A DNA stretch of 34,878 nt from Planctomycetaceae bacterium (GTDB lineage: Bacteria; Planctomycetota; Planctomycetia; Pirellulales; UBA1268): the NCBI GenBank assembly GCA_046091445.1, contig JBJTBO010000288.1, positions 1-34,878 of the forward strand, read 5' to 3'. This document shows, piece after piece, positions 19,861 to 29,684 of the stretch. The translations under genes and the position numbers were made by a program. How positions within the stretch are numbered: position 1 is the first letter of the stretch; every line of letters starts with the position of its first letter. The notes below the pieces were generated by a model that had not been told where the DNA came from, ran no database searches, and was given only the letters and a program-made list of their open reading frames with translations.

Positions 19861-22800
19861 ATGCCATCCGTCCCTGCAGTGCGTCTCCTGGTCGCCTTGG
19901 CGGCGGTGGCCGCCGCCGGGCTCGCGCACGATGGGCCGCGGGCGGCCGACGAGACGGCGGCGCCGGTCATGTTCGAGGAGCACGTGCGACCTCTTCTCAA
20001 GGCGCACTGCCTCGACTGCCATGGCGCGACGGAGACGCTCGAGGGCTCGCTCGACCTGCGGCTCGTTCGCCTCATGCGGGCGGGTGGCGACAGCGGTCCG
20101 GCGATCGTGCCCGGCGACGCCGCCGGCAGCCTCATTCTCCAACGGGTGCGTGCCGGCGACATGCCCCCCGGTGAGAAGAAGATGTCGGCGGCGGAGCAGG
20201 ACCTGCTCGCGCGGTGGATCTCCGCCGGCGCGCCGACGAAGCGTCCCGAGCCCGAGGCGATCGCGCCCGGCCTGGCGATCACGCCGGAGGAGCGTGCCTT
20301 CTGGGCGTTCCAGCCGGTACGTCGTCCCGACGTGACGGCCGATCCGGCCGTGCCGCGTGCGCCGATCGACGCGCTCGTCTTCGGTGCGGACGGCCCGCTG
20401 CCCGCGGAGGCCGCGCGTCATGCGCTCGTCACACGTGCCTTCCTCACGCTCACCGGCCTGCCACCCGCCCACGCCGACGTGGAGCGGTGGGCCGCCGATC
20501 CGAGCGCGGACTGGTTCGACCGGCTCGTCGACGAACTGCTCGCCTCGCCGCACTACGGCGAGCAGTGGGCGCGGCACTGGCTCGACGTGGCGGGCTACGC
20601 CGACTCGGAGGGGGCGACGCTGGCCGACGAGGTGCGCCCCTGGGCGTGGCGCTATCGCGACTACTGCATCGACGCCTTCAACGCGGACGTGCCGTTCGAT
20701 CGCTTCATCGCCGAGCAGCTCGCCGGCGACGAGATCGCGGGGGCTCGGTCGGGCGACTGGACGGCGGAGCAGATCCGGCTGCTCACGGCGACGGGCTTCC
20801 TGCGCATGGCCGCGGACGGGACCGGCAGCGGGGGCGACACGCCCGAGGGGCGCAACCAGACGGTGGCCGACACCGTGCGCATCGTCGGCACGTCGCTGCT
20901 CGGCATGAGCGTGCACTGCGCGCAGTGCCACGATCACCGCTACGATCCCGTGCTCCACACCGACTACACGGCGCTGCGTGCGGTCTTCGAGCCGGCCCTC
21001 GACTGGAAGGCGTGGAAGACGCCCGCGCAGCGCCTCGTCTCGATCCAGACCGAGGCCGAACGGGCACAGGCCGCGGCGATCGAGGCCGAGGCACAGCTCG
21101 TCGCCACGGACCGGGCGGCGAAGCAGGCGGAGTTCATCCGCCAGGCGCTCGAGCAGGAACTCGCGAAGTTCGAGGAGCCGCTGCGCGGTCGGCTGCGCGC
21201 CGCCTACGACGCACCGGAGAAGGAGCGTACCGACGAGCAGCGGGCGCTGCTCAAGGCGCATCCGAGCGTGAACGTCACGCCGGGCGTCCTCTACCAGTAC
21301 CTACCGAAGGCGGCGGAGGAGCTCAAGGCCCTCGACAAGACGATCGCCGACGTCCGCGCGAAGAAGCCCGCCGAGGAGTTCATCCAGGCCCTCGTCGAAC
21401 CGGCCGGTCACCTGCCCGAGACGCGACTCTTCCACCGAGGCGACCACCAGCAGCCGAAGCAGGCGGTGCTCCCCGCGCCACCGCAGGTGGCCGTGCCCGA
21501 GGGACGGCACGAGCCGTTCGCGGCCGACGACACGTCCCTGCCGACATCGGGCCGGCGGCTCGCCCTCGCCCGCTGGCTGGCATCGCCGACCAATCCGCTC
21601 ACCGCCAGGGTCATCGTCAACAGGATCTGGCTGCACCACTTCGGACAGGGACTCGTCGCCACCCCCGCGGACTTCGGCAGCCTCGGCGCGCGACCGTCAC
21701 ATCCCGCCCTGCTCGACTGGCTCGCCGACGAGTTCGCGACGCGGGGCTGGAGCGTGAAGCACCTCCAGCGCGTCATCATGCGCACGGCCGCCTGGCGCCA
21801 GGCGCGTGGCGGTGTCCCCCTGGGCGGCCTGCCCGCGCCGCTCCTGCGCCTCGAGGCGGAGACCATCCGGGACCGGATGCTCGCGGCCACCGGCACGCTC
21901 GATCGCTCGATCGGGGGCCGGCCGGTGGGGATCAAGGACGACGACACGGGCCAGACGGTCGTCGACGGACCGCAGAGCCGCCGCAGCCTCTACGTGCAGG
22001 TGCGGCGCAGCCGGCCGGTCGCGATGCTCCAGGCGTTCGACGCGCCGGTCATGGAATGCAACTGCGAGGTGCGGCCGGTTTCCACCGTCGCCACGCAGTC
22101 GCTCATGCTCCTCACCGGCGAGTTCATCCTGGATCAGGCTGCGAGGCTCGCCGAGCGGGCCGTCCAGGTCGCCGCCTCGCTCGATCCTCCGCCCGCAGCG
22201 GCAAGCCTGGCGACCGCGCTCCCGCAGCCGCCCCGGCCGACGTGGACCTACGGCTACGGCGCGGTCGACGAGCAGGCGGGGCGGACGGCGTCGTTCGCCC
22301 CACTCGGACACTGGACCGGTTCGCAGTGGCAGGCAGGCGACACGCTGCCCGACGCCGCGCTCGGCTGGGTGCTCCTGAACGCATCGGGCGGCCACCCGGA
22401 CGCGGCCGAGCGGGCGGTCATCCGGCGGTGGACGGCTCCGGCCGACGCGCGGGTGTCCGTGACCGGCACGCTCACCCACGCGAGCGAACAGGGCGACGGC
22501 GGGCGCGGGCGGCTCGTGTCGAGCCGCACGGGCCTCGCGGGCACGTGGACGGCGCAGCATGGCTCGGCGGCCACCGACGCCGTGGATCTCGTCGTGCAGG
22601 CCGGCGACACGCTCGACTTCGTGACCGACTGCCGCACGAACCACGCGTCCGATTCGTTCACCTGGCCGGTGACCCTCACGATCCGCACGCCCGACGGGGC
22701 GACGGCGATCGCGAAGAGTACCGAGCAGTTCCTCGGCCCGACGACGGTCGAGCCGTTCGCGCCGACATGGATCGTGGCGGCCTGGCGACTCGCCTACGCC

Positions 22801-22974
22801 CGCGACCCGTCGGCGGAGGAGGTCGCGCTCGCCGCCGACTTCGTCCACCGCCAGTTCGCCACGTTCCAGGCGCGGCCTGCGGCGGTGCCAGAAGGGCGCT
22901 CCCCCGCCCGACAGGCGCTCGTGAGTCTCTGCCAGGTGCTCCTCGGATCGAACGAGTTTCTCTACCTCGACTGA
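19861..22974 (+). CDS. PSCyt1 / DUF1549 (PSCyt2) / DUF1553 (PSD1) multidomain exported protein with extra C-proximal insertion
   Basis: 1037 aa with a signal peptide. [11 protein letters not shown] (CLDCH at 20008..20022). [34 protein letters not shown] (20917..20931). A coiled-coil linker. [23 protein letters not shown]-terminal [11 protein letters not shown]. It starts 29 nt after the preceding gene. Confidence 0.9.
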   Translation: MPSVPAVRLLVALAAVAAAGLAHDGPRAADETAAPVMFEEHVRPLLKAHCLDCHGATETLEGSLDLRLVRLMRAGGDSGPAIVPGDAAGSLILQRVRAGDMPPGEKKMSAAEQDLLARWISAGAPTKRPEPEAIAPGLAITPEERAFWAFQPVRRPDVTADPAVPRAPIDALVFGADGPLPAEAARHALVTRAFLTLTGLPPAHADVERWAADPSADWFDRLVDELLASPHYGEQWARHWLDVAGYADSEGATLADEVRPWAWRYRDYCIDAFNADVPFDRFIAEQLAGDEIAGARSGDWTAEQIRLLTATGFLRMAADGTGSGGDTPEGRNQTVADTVRIVGTSLLGMSVHCAQCHDHRYDPVLHTDYTALRAVFEPALDWKAWKTPAQRLVSIQTEAERAQAAAIEAEAQLVATDRAAKQAEFIRQALEQELAKFEEPLRGRLRAAYDAPEKERTDEQRALLKAHPSVNVTPGVLYQYLPKAAEELKALDKTIADVRAKKPAEEFIQALVEPAGHLPETRLFHRGDHQQPKQAVLPAPPQVAVPEGRHEPFAADDTSLPTSGRRLALARWLASPTNPLTARVIVNRIWLHHFGQGLVATPADFGSLGARPSHPALLDWLADEFATRGWSVKHLQRVIMRTAAWRQARGGVPLGGLPAPLLRLEAETIRDRMLAATGTLDRSIGGRPVGIKDDDTGQTVVDGPQSRRSLYVQVRRSRPVAMLQAFDAPVMECNCEVRPVSTVATQSLMLLTGEFILDQAARLAERAVQVAASLDPPPAAASLATALPQPPRPTWTYGYGAVDEQAGRTASFAPLGHWTGSQWQAGDTLPDAALGWVLLNASGGHPDAAERAVIRRWTAPADARVSVTGTLTHASEQGDGGRGRLVSSRTGLAGTWTAQHGSAATDAVDLVVQAGDTLDFVTDCRTNHASDSFTWPVTLTIRTPDGATAIAKSTEQFLGPTTVEPFAPTWIVAAWRLAYARDPSAEEVALAADFVHRQFATFQARPAAVPEGRSPARQALVSLCQVLLGSNEFLYLD

Positions 22975-22996
22975 CCGGCGCCGCCGGACCACCTCC

Positions 22997-24493
22997 ATGC
23001 GGGATCACGATCACGACCACGGCACGTCGGCTGACCACCCGTCCGGCCGTGTCGCGTGCCACCACCGGCGCGCCTTCCTCCGGGGCGGATCGCTCGGAGC
23101 CGGCACGCTCGCGCTCGCCTGGCTGCTCGAACGCGAGCAGGCCGCCGCCGCGACGAAGCCGCCGCTTCCCAAAGAGGCCCCGCGGATCGACCTCCTGCCG
23201 AAGCGGCCCCACCATCCGGCGCGAGCCCGGGCGATGATCTCGCTCTTCATGCATGGCGGTCCGTCCCACATGGATCTCACCGATCCGAAGCCGGAGCTGT
23301 CGAAGCGGGACGGCACCGACTATCCCGGCGACATCACCTACAGCTTCGTCAACGAGGCGAGCAAGAAGCTCCTCGGCACGAAGTGGTCGTTCGCGAAGCA
23401 CGGGGCATGCGGCACCGAGATCTCCGAACTCCTGCCGGAGACGGCCGGCATCGTCGACCGGCTCTGCCTCCTCCGCGGCATGCACACCGGCGGCAACGGC
23501 CACGAGGTGTCGATCCGCTACTTCCACGGCGGCATCCCCGGCGTGCTCGGCCGACCGCACCTCGCCTCCTGGCTGCTCTACGGGCTCGGCTCGGAGACGG
23601 ACAACCTGCCCGCCTACATGGTGCTCACCGACCCGGGCGGCCTGCCGGTCGACGGCGTCACCAACTGGTCGAGCGGCTTCATGCCGCCGCTGTTCCAGGG
23701 CACCGTGCTGCGGCCGAAGGAGCCGCGCATTCTCAACCTCGATCCGCCGCCGCACCTCGCCGGCGAGCCGCAGCGCCAGACGCTCGACCCGCCCGGCGCG
23801 CACCCCCGCCGACACGCCGCCCGCGTCCCCGGCCAGTCGGACCTCGACGCGCGGATCGCGAGCTACGAGCTCGCCGCGCGGATGCAGACGGCCGCCCGCG
23901 AGGCGCTCGACGTCTCACAGGAGACGAAGGCGACCCACGCGCTCAACGGCCTCGACGACGACGCGACCCGCGAGTATGGCACTCGCTGCCTGATCGCCCG
24001 CCGCCTCGTGGAGCGCGGCGTACGGTTCGTGCAGCTCTTCCTCGCCGGCCAGCCGTGGGACAACCACTCGAACCTCGGCTCCGCGCTGCCGGCGATCTGC
24101 CGCCGCACCGACAGGCCCGCCGCCGCGCTCGTGAAGGATCTCGCCCAGCGCGGCATGCTCGACGAGACGATCGTCCACTGGGGAGGGGAGATCGGCCGGC
24201 TGCCGGTCACGCAGAACCAGGGCGCGCCGGAGAAGCATGGCCGCGACCACAACGGCCAGGGCTTCAGCATCTGGCTGGCGGGCGGCGGCATCCGGCCCGG
24301 CATGGTCCACGGTGCGACCGACGAATTCGGCCATCGGGCCGTCGAGGGAATCGTGACGCCGAACGACTACCAGGCCACGCTCCTGCACCTCTTCGGGCTC
24401 GACTGGAACGAGCTCGTCTTCCCGCATGCCGGTGCCGCGCAGATCGTCACCGCCGGACGGCCCGCCCGCGTCGTCCACGAGATCCTCGCGTGA
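22997..24493 (+). CDS. DUF1501 domain protein, Tat-exported, sub-type A
   Basis: 498 aa, starting 22 nt after the PSD gene. RR motif [42 protein letters not shown], and GRDHNGQGFSIWLAGGGIRPG. Confidence 0.9.
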   Translation: MRDHDHDHGTSADHPSGRVACHHRRAFLRGGSLGAGTLALAWLLEREQAAAATKPPLPKEAPRIDLLPKRPHHPARARAMISLFMHGGPSHMDLTDPKPELSKRDGTDYPGDITYSFVNEASKKLLGTKWSFAKHGACGTEISELLPETAGIVDRLCLLRGMHTGGNGHEVSIRYFHGGIPGVLGRPHLASWLLYGLGSETDNLPAYMVLTDPGGLPVDGVTNWSSGFMPPLFQGTVLRPKEPRILNLDPPPHLAGEPQRQTLDPPGAHPRRHAARVPGQSDLDARIASYELAARMQTAAREALDVSQETKATHALNGLDDDATREYGTRCLIARRLVERGVRFVQLFLAGQPWDNHSNLGSALPAICRRTDRPAAALVKDLAQRGMLDETIVHWGGEIGRLPVTQNQGAPEKHGRDHNGQGFSIWLAGGGIRPGMVHGATDEFGHRAVEGIVTPNDYQATLLHLFGLDWNELVFPHAGAAQIVTAGRPARVVHEILA

Positions 24494-24521
24494 GGCGCGT
24501 CCCTGCCCGGCGGACGTCGCC

Positions 24522-24553
24522 CGACGGGGGCGGACCGGCCCCGCCGACCGTCG
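24522..24553 (+). terminator. Interrupted 11-bp GC-rich hairpin after the DUF1501 gene (terminator candidate separating it from the che operon)
   Basis: CGACGG-g-GGCGG-accggcc-CCGCC-ga-CCGTCG. The outer 6 bp (24522..24527 with 24548..24553) and inner 5 bp (24529..24533 with 24541..24545) are all Watson-Crick pairs. It lies 29 nt after the TGA at 24491..24493. Confidence 0.35.
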
Positions 24554-24716
24554 TAACGCGCGTGGTGGACCGCGCGGATCGTGCCGACTGGAGCGGTTGC
24601 GCGGCGGCAAACCTTGTCCAGATTCCGGTGTATGCTTGATCAAAATGGGCGCATGGGCTTCCGGGGCACGTTCGCCACGGCCGGTGTCCCGAGGGGCGCG
24701 TGGACCCGCTCGTTCG

Positions 24717-27026
24717 ATGGTCAACGACAATCGCGAGTTCATCGACGAGTTTCTCGTCGAGTCGTCGGAGAATCTCGACCAGCTCGATCGCGATCTGCTC
24801 GCACTCGAGCAGGCACCCGATGATCCCGAGCGGCTGGCGAGCATCTTTCGCACCGTCCACACGATCAAGGGCAACAGCGGCTTCTTCGGGTTCTCGAAGC
24901 TCGGTGCGCTGACCCACAACGGCGAGCATCTGCTCGGCCAGCTGCGCGACGGCCAGCTGCGTCTCGACGACCGCATCACCGGCTCGCTCTATTCGATGGT
25001 CGATGCGGTGCGATCGATCCTGCGATCCATCGAGGCGACGGGCTCCGAGGGGGAGGTCGACCTGCAGGATCTCACGAGCCGGCTCGCGGCCGTCGCGACG
25101 GACACAAGGGTGCTCGCGCGGGCGGAGCGGACGGTCGCCGCCGATGCGGCGAGCCCGACACCCGCGTCGTCAGGCGCCGTCCTCGCCGCAGACCCGCGTC
25201 CCGTGCTGCCGCGGGCCGGATCGGCTCCGTCGGCGCCGGCCATCGACAGCCCGGCGGCGTCCTCCGCAGCCCCCTCGCCCACGCCCTCACCACCCGAGGC
25301 CGTCGCGCCCGCGCCGCCGCGCGTCGCACCGCAGGTCCCGGCGGCGGCCGCTCCCCCCGCGGCCGAGAGCACGATCCGCGTCGACGTGGCCCTGCTCGGG
25401 TCGATCCACGACCTCGTCGGTGAGCTCGTGCTCGCCCGCAACCAGCTGCGCAGCCTCGAGATCGAGGATCCGGCGATCCAGGCCGTCGCGCAGCGCATCA
25501 ATGCCGCCACGAACGCCCTCCAGGAGGTGGCGGTCAAGACGCGGATGCAGCCGATCGAGCACCTCTTCAGCAAGTTTCCGCGGATCGTGCGGGATCTCGC
25601 CGTGACCTGCGGCAAGGAGGTGCACTTCCTCGTCGACGGCACCGACACGGAGCTCGACCGCACGCTGGTGGAGAGTATCCGCGACCCGCTCACGCACCTC
25701 ATTCGCAACGCGGTCGACCACGGCATCGAGCGCCCCGACGTGCGGGAAGCCGCCGGCAAGCCCCGCGCCGGCCGCGTGACGCTCCGGGCGTACAACGAGA
25801 ACGGCCAGGTGACCATCGAGGTGAAGGACGACGGGGGCGGCATGTCGGTGGAGGCCGTGCGGGCGAAGGCGATCGCGCGCGGACTCGTCTCGGCCGAGGC
25901 CGCCACCCGGATGCCCGATGAACGCCTCCTCCAGTTCATCTTCGAGCCCGGTTTCTCGACGGCGACGACGGTCACGAGCATCTCGGGTCGCGGCGTGGGC
26001 ATGGACGTCGTTAAGACGAACATCGAGTCGATCGGCGGAGCCGTCGACGTGCACAGCCGCTCGGGCCTCGGGACGACGATCCGCGTGCGCGTGCCGCTGA
26101 CGCTCGCGATCATGCCGGCGCTCGTCATCCGCTGCGCGGGGCAGCGGCTCGCGATTCCGCAGGTCGCGGGGAGCGAGCTCGCTCCGCTCCGACCGGACCG
26201 GCCCGACGGACGCATCGAGGGGCTCGACGGCAACCCCGTGATGCGGGTGCACGGCCGGCTCGTGCCGGTGATCTTTCTCGACGAGCTGCTGGGCCTTCGC
26301 GAGCGCTCCGCCCACCGGGAGTTCGGCACCGTCGTGCTCCTGCGCGTCGACGAGCGCGAATTCGGCCTCGTGATCGACGGGCTCGGAGGGGGCTCGGTCA
26401 CGGCGACGCGGCGGGCGGCCGAGGACATCGTCTCGCTCACGACGATCGTGGTGAAGCCGCTCGGCGGCCTCCTGTCGCAGATCGGCGTCTATGCCGGGGC
26501 GACCGTGCTCGGCGACGGCGACGTGGCGCTCGTGCTCGACCCGCGCGGACTCCTCCGGGCGGCCCACGTGCCTCCACAGCAGGCCGAGGCCCGGCCCGCG
26601 GCCGCCGCGACCGGCGCCGCGTGGGTCGAATCGGACCGCTATCTCGTCTGCCGCACCTCCGGGGGCCGCCGCGTGGCGGTGCCGCTCAACGAGGTCACGC
26701 GGCTCGAGCATTATCCGGCGAGCCAGCTGCAGCCCGTCGCCGGGCGAAGGGTCATCCGCCGGCACGGCGGATTCACGCCGGTGGTCGACGTCGACGCCCT
26801 GCTCGGCGTGCCCGCGGCGCCGACGCCCGAGATGGTGCACCTCGTGATCGTCGGCGACACCGGCCTGGCGGTCCGTCAGATCCTCGACGTGGTCGCGGCC
26901 GAATCACCGCTCCACCCGCACCTCTCCATGCCGGGCGTGGTCGGGTCGCTGTCGCTGGGCGGCGTCGCGACCGAGGTGCTCGACCTCGCACCCCCGCTCA
27001 TGCGATCGATGGCGGTGGCACCATGA
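24717..27026 (+). CDS. cheA: Chemotaxis histidine kinase CheA (HPt - Pro/Ala linker - dimerisation - HATPase - two CheW-like domains)
   Basis: ATG at 24717 (MVNDNREFIDEFLVES...). HPt motif FRTVHTIKGNSGFFG (His48 codon at 24858..24860). N box HLIRNAVDHGIE, G1 VKDDGGGM, F box FEPGFST, G2 GRGVGMDVV. It is followed by two consecutive CheW-like segments. The TGA overlaps the cheW ATG (ATGA). Confidence 0.92.
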   Translation: MVNDNREFIDEFLVESSENLDQLDRDLLALEQAPDDPERLASIFRTVHTIKGNSGFFGFSKLGALTHNGEHLLGQLRDGQLRLDDRITGSLYSMVDAVRSILRSIEATGSEGEVDLQDLTSRLAAVATDTRVLARAERTVAADAASPTPASSGAVLAADPRPVLPRAGSAPSAPAIDSPAASSAAPSPTPSPPEAVAPAPPRVAPQVPAAAAPPAAESTIRVDVALLGSIHDLVGELVLARNQLRSLEIEDPAIQAVAQRINAATNALQEVAVKTRMQPIEHLFSKFPRIVRDLAVTCGKEVHFLVDGTDTELDRTLVESIRDPLTHLIRNAVDHGIERPDVREAAGKPRAGRVTLRAYNENGQVTIEVKDDGGGMSVEAVRAKAIARGLVSAEAATRMPDERLLQFIFEPGFSTATTVTSISGRGVGMDVVKTNIESIGGAVDVHSRSGLGTTIRVRVPLTLAIMPALVIRCAGQRLAIPQVAGSELAPLRPDRPDGRIEGLDGNPVMRVHGRLVPVIFLDELLGLRERSAHREFGTVVLLRVDEREFGLVIDGLGGGSVTATRRAAEDIVSLTTIVVKPLGGLLSQIGVYAGATVLGDGDVALVLDPRGLLRAAHVPPQQAEARPAAAATGAAWVESDRYLVCRTSGGRRVAVPLNEVTRLEHYPASQLQPVAGRRVIRRHGGFTPVVDVDALLGVPAAPTPEMVHLVIVGDTGLAVRQILDVVAAESPLHPHLSMPGVVGSLSLGGVATEVLDLAPPLMRSMAVAP

Positions 27027-27511
27027 CCACGGCCGGAGAGACCACCGCGCTCGACGCGTGCTGCTTCATCGTCGCGGGGCACCACTTCGCCGTGGAATCG
27101 GCCTGCGTCGAGGAGATCCTGCGCGGCGGCCGTCCCACGCGCGTGCCGCTCGCTCCGCCGGAGGTCAGCGGGGTGCTCCACCTGCGCGGCCGGATCGTGC
27201 CGGTCATCGACATGCGACGGCGGCTCCGCCTGACCGCCGACGGCGCGGCCGCGATTCACGTCATCATCCGCGCGGGGGACGAGTGGTACGACCTGCTCGT
27301 CGACGACGTGCTGGGCGTGCAGTCCTTCCCCCGCGGCCGCATCGAGGAGCCCGGCGGCGACGGTCTCCACGACCCGCGGGTGGGCGTCGTCGCCGACGAC
27401 GGCCACCTCGTCCACCTGCTCGACCCCCAGCGCATCGTCCAGCCGCTCTTCCGCCAGCGTACGTCCCCCGTCATCACGCATGGAGCATCGCATGTCGGTT
27501 CCGTCGCCTAA
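27023..27511 (+). CDS. cheW: Chemotaxis coupling protein CheW
   Basis: ATG at 27023 gives 162 aa. [22 protein letters not shown]...[27 protein letters not shown] matches the CheW-like fold pattern. The longer track ORF from 26621 is an off-frame shadow inside cheA. Confidence 0.85.
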   Translation: MTTAGETTALDACCFIVAGHHFAVESACVEEILRGGRPTRVPLAPPEVSGVLHLRGRIVPVIDMRRRLRLTADGAAAIHVIIRAGDEWYDLLVDDVLGVQSFPRGRIEEPGGDGLHDPRVGVVADDGHLVHLLDPQRIVQPLFRQRTSPVITHGASHVGSVA

Positions 27512-29639
27512 ACGCCCCTCCATCGCGGGCGGATGGCTCTCGCTGTTCAGCAACCAAGTGCTCCTGTCCCTGCTCGCGGTGTCGCTCATCCCCCTGGCAC
27601 TCATGGGTGCGCTGACCTACTGGGCCGCGTCGGCGGCGCTCCGGGCCCAGGCGTTCCGCCAACTGGAGACGGTCCGCACGATCACCGCCCGTTCCGTCGA
27701 GCGGTACTTCGGCACGTTGCAGGAGCAGCTGCGCGTGGTGTCGGAGGACCTGATGACGGTCGACGCCCTCGCGCAGTTCACGACCGGCTTCGACTCGCTC
27801 CTCACGGAGGACGCAGGCGATCCCGCGGTCCTGGCCGGGGCACGGCGCGACCTGTCGGCGTTCTACACGACGGAGATCCAGTCGGCGGTGCAGATGCGCG
27901 ACGCGTCCGTCGGCGACATGGGGGCGCTCGCGACGGCGCTCAGCGACCGCGCCGCGATCCTCCAGGACCTCTACATCCGCAAGAACCCCAACCCCGTGGG
28001 ATCGAAGGAGCTGCTCGACGCGGCCACGGACGACTCGGCCTACACGCGGACGCATGCGACGTTCCACCCGCTCTTCCGCAACCTCCGCGCGCGGTACAAC
28101 CTGTACGACGTCTTCCTCATCGATGCCACCAACGGCGCCATCGTCTACTCGGTCTGCAAGGAGATCGACTACGGCGTGTCGCTGCGGAATGGTTTTCTGG
28201 CGGCGACGAACTTCGGCAAGGCGGTCCAGGAGGTGCTCGGGAGCGGGCGGCGCGACGTCGTGGCCTTCGCCCAGTACGAGCACTACCTGCCGTCGGCCAT
28301 GGCCCCGGCGTGCTTCATCGTGGCGCCGGTCCACAAGGACCGGCAGCTGATCGGCGCGGTCGCCTTCCAAATCTCGGTCGAGCGGCTCAACGAGATCGTC
28401 GGCGAGCGCACCGGCATGGGCGTCACGGGCGAGACCTACGCGATCGGCCCCGACCGCTTGTTCCAGACCAACTCCCGATTCGCCGGACAGCTGGGTGTCG
28501 CGACCACGATCATCAACCCCAAGTTCCGCGTCGACACCGAGCCGGTGCGGTCGGCGCTCGACCAGAACTCGTCCGGGACCGCGATCACCGTCGACTACCG
28601 CGACCAGTCCGTGCTCTCGTCCTGGACGCCGATCACGGTGCACCGGGACCCCGCGTCGGCGCGGGGTACGGTGCGTTGGGCGCTCGTGTCGGAGGTGCAG
28701 GAGTCGGAGGTCCTGCAGCCGATCGCGTCGCTCAAGAACTATGCGCTCACGATCTTCGGGCTCACGACCCTGGGCGTGCTGCTCGTCTCGGCGGGCATCG
28801 CACGGCGACTGACCGCCGAGACGCGGCGTCAGGCGTCGCTCATCGACGGGATCGTCCAGAACACGCACACGCTCGCGAGCTCGTCGGAGGAGCTGACGAG
28901 CGTCAGCCAGCAGATGAGCGCGGCGGCGGAGGAGACGACGGCCCAGGCGAACCTCGTCTCGGCGGCCGCCGAGCAGGTGAGCGCCAACGCCCGCACCGTC
29001 TCGGGCTCGATCGAGAACCTCGTGACGAGCATCCACGACATCGCCCGCAACGCGCAGGATGCCGCCACGACCGCCCGCCAGGCCGTGACGCTCGCGGGGT
29101 CGACGAGCGACACGATGGGATCGCTCGGTCGATCCAGCCAGGAAATCGGCAAGGTCGTCAACGTGATCACGACGATCGCGGAGCAGACCAACCTGCTCGC
29201 CCTGAATGCTACGATCGAGGCGGCGCGGGCCGGCGAGGCGGGCCGGGGATTCACCGTCGTGGCGAACGAGGTCAAGGAGCTCGCCCGCGAGACGGCCAAG
29301 GCCACCGACGACATCCGCGGCCGCATCGAGGCGATGCAGACCGACACGAAGCGGGCCGTCGGCGCGATCGACGAGATCGGCCGCGTGATCGAGCGGATCG
29401 ACAGCCTCCAGGCGAAGATCGCGGTCGCCGTCGAGGAGCAGTCGGTCACGACGAGCGAGATCAATCGCAACATCGTCGAGGCGACCACGGGCTCGTCGGA
29501 GATCGCCGAAAACATCCTCCAGGGGGCCCAGGCGGCGCAGAGCACGGCCGAGGGGGCCGCCAACACGCAGATCTCGTCCCGCGAACTGGCGCGGATGGCC
29601 CAGGATCTGCAGCGTCTCGTGGACGACTATCGCCAGTAA
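27480..29639 (+). CDS. Methyl-accepting chemotaxis protein with large Cache-like periplasmic sensor, no HAMP
   Basis: 719 aa with two TM segments (about aa 18-45 and 425-446). The periplasmic region contains [27 protein letters not shown] (Cache-type pattern). The highly conserved MCP hairpin is [33 protein letters not shown]. The start is 27480 or 27492, and either overlaps the cheW 3' end. Confidence 0.92.
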   Translation: MEHRMSVPSPKRPSIAGGWLSLFSNQVLLSLLAVSLIPLALMGALTYWAASAALRAQAFRQLETVRTITARSVERYFGTLQEQLRVVSEDLMTVDALAQFTTGFDSLLTEDAGDPAVLAGARRDLSAFYTTEIQSAVQMRDASVGDMGALATALSDRAAILQDLYIRKNPNPVGSKELLDAATDDSAYTRTHATFHPLFRNLRARYNLYDVFLIDATNGAIVYSVCKEIDYGVSLRNGFLAATNFGKAVQEVLGSGRRDVVAFAQYEHYLPSAMAPACFIVAPVHKDRQLIGAVAFQISVERLNEIVGERTGMGVTGETYAIGPDRLFQTNSRFAGQLGVATTIINPKFRVDTEPVRSALDQNSSGTAITVDYRDQSVLSSWTPITVHRDPASARGTVRWALVSEVQESEVLQPIASLKNYALTIFGLTTLGVLLVSAGIARRLTAETRRQASLIDGIVQNTHTLASSSEELTSVSQQMSAAAEETTAQANLVSAAAEQVSANARTVSGSIENLVTSIHDIARNAQDAATTARQAVTLAGSTSDTMGSLGRSSQEIGKVVNVITTIAEQTNLLALNATIEAARAGEAGRGFTVVANEVKELARETAKATDDIRGRIEAMQTDTKRAVGAIDEIGRVIERIDSLQAKIAVAVEEQSVTTSEINRNIVEATTGSSEIAENILQGAQAAQSTAEGAANTQISSRELARMAQDLQRLVDDYRQ

Positions 29640-29684
29640 GGCCGGTAGGATGACGCCTCGCCCGTCGGGCATGGAGGAAACGGC

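Noticed and set aside
20214-23237. 1007-aa off-frame plus-strand ORF, plus the minus-strand ORFs 19747..21261 and 21697..22998, overlapping the second PSD gene
   Set aside because: These are Arg/Ala/Gly/Pro-rich with no motifs. The competing frame contains all PSCyt1, DUF1549 and DUF1553 signatures and has a proper GC3 bias.
24597-24646. Lower-GC island upstream of cheA with TTGTCC, TATGCT and the 8-bp palindrome TTGATCAA, considered as a promoter or operator
   Set aside because: The -35-like and -10-like hexamers are 11 nt apart (or 21 nt to CAAAAT), so no acceptable sigma70 spacing exists. No sigma54 (GG-N10-GC) or sigma28-like match was found. The promoter probably lies here, but I cannot place it from sequence alone.
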